From the NCBI GenBank assembly GCA_012727935.1, contig JAAYGA010000233.1:1-46209 (forward strand): 46,209 nucleotides of DNA. The letters are read 5' to 3'. The position numbers and the translations under genes are program-made. Positions 41,561-46,209 of this stretch are shown one piece after another; the stretch's first letter is position 1; every line of letters starts with the position of its first letter. The stretch is from Pseudomonadaceae bacterium (GTDB taxonomy: Bacteria; Pseudomonadota; Gammaproteobacteria; Pseudomonadales; Halomonadaceae). The notes under the pieces are model-generated. The model was not told the origin of the DNA. It saw nothing but the letters and a program-made list of their open reading frames with translations, and did no database searches.

Positions 41561-42670
41561 ATGACAATTCAGCGTCTAAGCCTGACTAATTTTCGTAATA
41601 TTATTGCCGCCGATCTACAGCCGTCGGAAGGTATTAATTTATTAGTTGGAAAAAATGCCAGTGGTAAAACTTCTTTGTTAGAAGCTATTTACCTGCTGAG
41701 TTTAGTGCGTTCTTTTCGCAGTAAAAATATTACTAAGCTAATTAACCATTCGGCAGAACAATTTACTGTTTTTGCCGAAATTAAAGCTGATGCAACAACG
41801 GCTTATTCTTTAGGTATTCAGCGTAAACACCAAGAAGCCGAAACTGAAATTTTGTTTCGTGGCCAAAAGCCTGCGGGTGTAGCCGAGCTAACCGCCACAC
41901 TTCCTGTACAGTTAATTAATCCTGATACTTTTCGTTTGCTTGAAGGTAGTCCTAAAGAACGCAGGCAGTTTTTAGACTGGGGTGTGTTCCACGTGGAACC
42001 CACCTTTATTCATTATTGGAAACGTTTTCAAAGAGCGCTAAAGCAGCGCAATAGCCTGCTTAGGCGTGGTAGAATAGACGAGTTAGAGTTGCAACTATGG
42101 GAAAAAGAGCTAGCAGTAAATGGTGAGCAAATAACTGCACTTAGAAAGGCTTATCTAGCGCGTTTAAAACCACTTTTTGCAAACTTATTAGAAAAATTTC
42201 TTGGCTCGCAAGACTTTGCACTTAATTTTCAGCGAGGTTGGGATAAAACCCTAGACCTAGCTGAATCCTTGTTGGCTTCAAGAGCGAAAGATCGTGAGCA
42301 GGGCTTTACTCAGACAGGGCCTCAGCGTGCCGATATCCGTGTACTAATTAAGGGGTATGCGGCGATGGATATTTTGTCGCGAGGGCAGCAAAAACTCATT
42401 GTCTCAGCTTTAAAGCTTGCACAGGGTGCACTGTTATCTGAAGTAAGAAATAAACAATGCGTCTATTTAATTGATGACTTGCCTGCTGAATTAGACAGGC
42501 AGCATCGCACCATTTTTTGTGAAGTGCTTGAGCAGCAATCAGGGCAGGTATTTATTACCGGCGTTGATGCTGATGCTCTTGCTGAAGGGTGGCAACAGCC
42601 AGAAAGTATTTCATGGTTTCACGTGGAACATGGACAAATTAGTCCAAAGCCATACCTTAGTACCAAGTGA
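41561..42670 (+). CDS. recF: DNA replication and repair protein RecF
   Basis: NFRN, GKNASGKTS, RRQFLDWG, GPQRAD, LSRGQQK, LIDDLPAELD. Confidence 0.98.
   Translation: MTIQRLSLTNFRNIIAADLQPSEGINLLVGKNASGKTSLLEAIYLLSLVRSFRSKNITKLINHSAEQFTVFAEIKADATTAYSLGIQRKHQEAETEILFRGQKPAGVAELTATLPVQLINPDTFRLLEGSPKERRQFLDWGVFHVEPTFIHYWKRFQRALKQRNSLLRRGRIDELELQLWEKELAVNGEQITALRKAYLARLKPLFANLLEKFLGSQDFALNFQRGWDKTLDLAESLLASRAKDREQGFTQTGPQRADIRVLIKGYAAMDILSRGQQKLIVSALKLAQGALLSEVRNKQCVYLIDDLPAELDRQHRTIFCEVLEQQSGQVFITGVDADALAEGWQQPESISWFHVEHGQISPKPYLSTK
41985..42000. other. parS centromere site inside recF
   Basis: TGTTCCACGTGGAACC, matching the parS consensus TGTTNCACGTGAAACA/TGTTCCACGTGGAACA. Confidence 0.88.
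42615..42630. other. Second parS site inside recF
   Basis: GGTTTCACGTGGAACA. Confidence 0.88.
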
Positions 42671-42700
42671 ATAAACTAGAATTTTGGTATTAGGAATTAA

Positions 42701-45133
<2,433 letters not shown>

Positions 45134-45159
45134 TTTGTTAAGCTAACTAGCAAGATAAG

Positions 45160-45201
45160 AAAAACCCCGAAGCAATGCATAGCAATGCTTCGGGGTTTTT
45201 T
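45160..45201. terminator. Bidirectional Rho-independent terminator between gyrB and gmhB
   Basis: AAAAACCCCGAAGCA ... TGCTTCGGGGTTTTT between convergent genes. Confidence 0.9.
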
Positions 45202-45220
45202 ATTACTGATTTATTACTGA
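45199..45220. repeat. Tandem duplication of an 11-mer
   Basis: TTTATTACTGA repeated twice. Confidence 0.8.
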
Positions 45221-45230
45221 TTTTTTGGGG

Positions 45231-45292
45231 TGTGGATAAGTTAAGCGTTAGCAGCCAATAATTGCTCGGCCAGTTCAGCTAAGTTATCCACA
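45231..45292. promoter_or_regulatory. Pair of perfect, inverted DnaA boxes at the 3' end of gmhB
   Basis: TGTGGATAA 45231-45239 (intergenic) and TTATCCACA 45284-45292 (inside gmhB). Confidence 0.7.
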
Positions 45293-45786
45293 AGCTGAAC
45301 ATTGTCTAAACCTTCACCAGCAGCAAGGGTTTTCATCCCTTTACCGGTGCGTACTAACACTGCTTGGCAGCCTCTTGCTTGGCCTGCTTGTAAATCTCGT
45401 AGTGCATCACCGACCATAATTCCACCACTTAAATCTAAGTTTAAAGCGGCACTTATTTGGTCTAATAAACCGGCTTTAGGTTTTCGGCAATCACAACCCT
45501 CATCAGGCCCATGAGGACACCAAGCTATATGGTGTAAATCACCCCCTGCCGCTTGAATTAGGTTAAGCATTTTAGCGTGCTGATCATCCAAGTCTTGCTG
45601 GCTAAACTTGCCTCTGGCAACGCCCGATTGATTAGTGGCAACGGCCAAAATCCAGCCAGCTTTATACAGCTTAGCAATCGCTTCAATAGAACCAGGTAGA
45701 GGAATCCATTCATCAGCACTTTTAACAAAAGCATCGGAATCTTGGTTAATCACACCATCACGGTCAAGGATTAAAATTTTTTTCAT
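45241..45786 (-). CDS. gmhB: D-glycero-D-manno-heptose 1,7-bisphosphate phosphatase
   Basis: ILDRDGVIN, ATNQSG, CPH...CDCRKP, MVGD. ATG at 45786 (MKKILILD) is preferred. Confidence 0.95.
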   Translation of the reverse strand: MKKILILDRDGVINQDSDAFVKSADEWIPLPGSIEAIAKLYKAGWILAVATNQSGVARGKFSQQDLDDQHAKMLNLIQAAGGDLHHIAWCPHGPDEGCDCRKPKAGLLDQISAALNLDLSGGIMVGDALRDLQAGQARGCQAVLVRTGKGMKTLAAGEGLDNVQLVDNLAELAEQLLAANA

Positions 45787-45815
45787 GGCACTAACCAATT
45801 ATTAACTTATAACCT

Positions 45816-45839
45816 AAAAAAAGGGGCCATTAAGGCCCC
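45816..45839 (-). terminator. Terminator after glyS
   Basis: Minus strand GGGGCC-TTAAT-GGCCCC followed by T7. Confidence 0.75.
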
Positions 45840-45853
45840 CGATAAGCGATCTA

Positions 45854-46209
45854 TTAGTGTTGTAGCTGAGCTATGTCTGCGGTGTGCATAAACAAAGCTT
45901 GTAAAGATGCTAATAAAGCTAAGCGATTATTTCGCACGGCTTCATCTTCAGTCATGACCATCACGTCATTAAAGAAGTTATCAACAGACTCACGCAAACC
46001 AGCCAAGCAATGCAGTGCGGCTTGGTAGTCGCCCTTAGCATAATGCGGTGCAACTTCTAGGCTTTTTGCTGCGACCTGTTTGGCTAGTTCAATTTCAGCT
46101 GCTTCAGTTAATAAGTTAGCTTTAACCTCTACACCCGCAGCAAAGTTTTGCTTGCTAAGAATGTTGTTAACTCGCTTATTGGCAGCGGCCAAGGCTGCGG
46201 CTTCTTCTA
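45854..46209 (-). CDS. glyS: Glycine--tRNA ligase beta subunit, C-terminal part (gene starts beyond the window)
   Basis: LAAANKRVNNIL, VDNFFNDVMVM, VRNNRLALL; the usual glyS-gmhB order near gyrB. Confidence 0.95.
   Translation of the reverse strand, partial: EEAAALAAANKRVNNILSKQNFAAGVEVKANLLTEAAEIELAKQVAAKSLEVAPHYAKGDYQAALHCLAGLRESVDNFFNDVMVMTEDEAVRNNRLALLASLQALFMHTADIAQLQH

Overview
This is the replication-origin region of an AT-leaning (roughly 40-45% GC by eye) gammaproteobacterial chromosome. Gene order and protein sequences look Oceanospirillales/Pseudomonadales-like, which is an inference. From left to right: a Zur-controlled zinc ABC transporter (partial), an AI-2E permease, a Na/Pi cotransporter, an M23 peptidase, xseA-yggT-proC-yggS, divergent pilT-pilU, an AT-rich degenerate EAL-HDOD gene, hemYXDC, glmS-glmU, mgtE-apbE-mgtE, the atp operon, parB-rsmG-mnmG, an origin-like intergenic region, mnmE-yidC-rnpA-rpmH, a second origin-like region, dnaA-dnaN-recF-gyrB, gmhB and the end of glyS. 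I saw no mobile elements, CRISPR arrays, tRNAs or rRNAs. The most notable signals are: (1) an unannotated ~130-nt Fur-boxed sRNA with a PrrF-like anti-SD seed directly behind the heme biosynthesis genes; (2) a partition locus with no parA and a ParB lacking its ParA-activating N-terminal peptide, while two parS sites remain in recF; (3) two origin-like regions 4165 bp apart with almost identical DnaA-box spacing, plus extra perfect DnaA boxes inside mnmE and downstream of gyrB; (4) a 36-aa membrane peptide under a Zur box; (5) local gene losses and operon fusions (no yidD, glmS joined to hemC across attTn7, a 7-residue deletion in ATP synthase epsilon).
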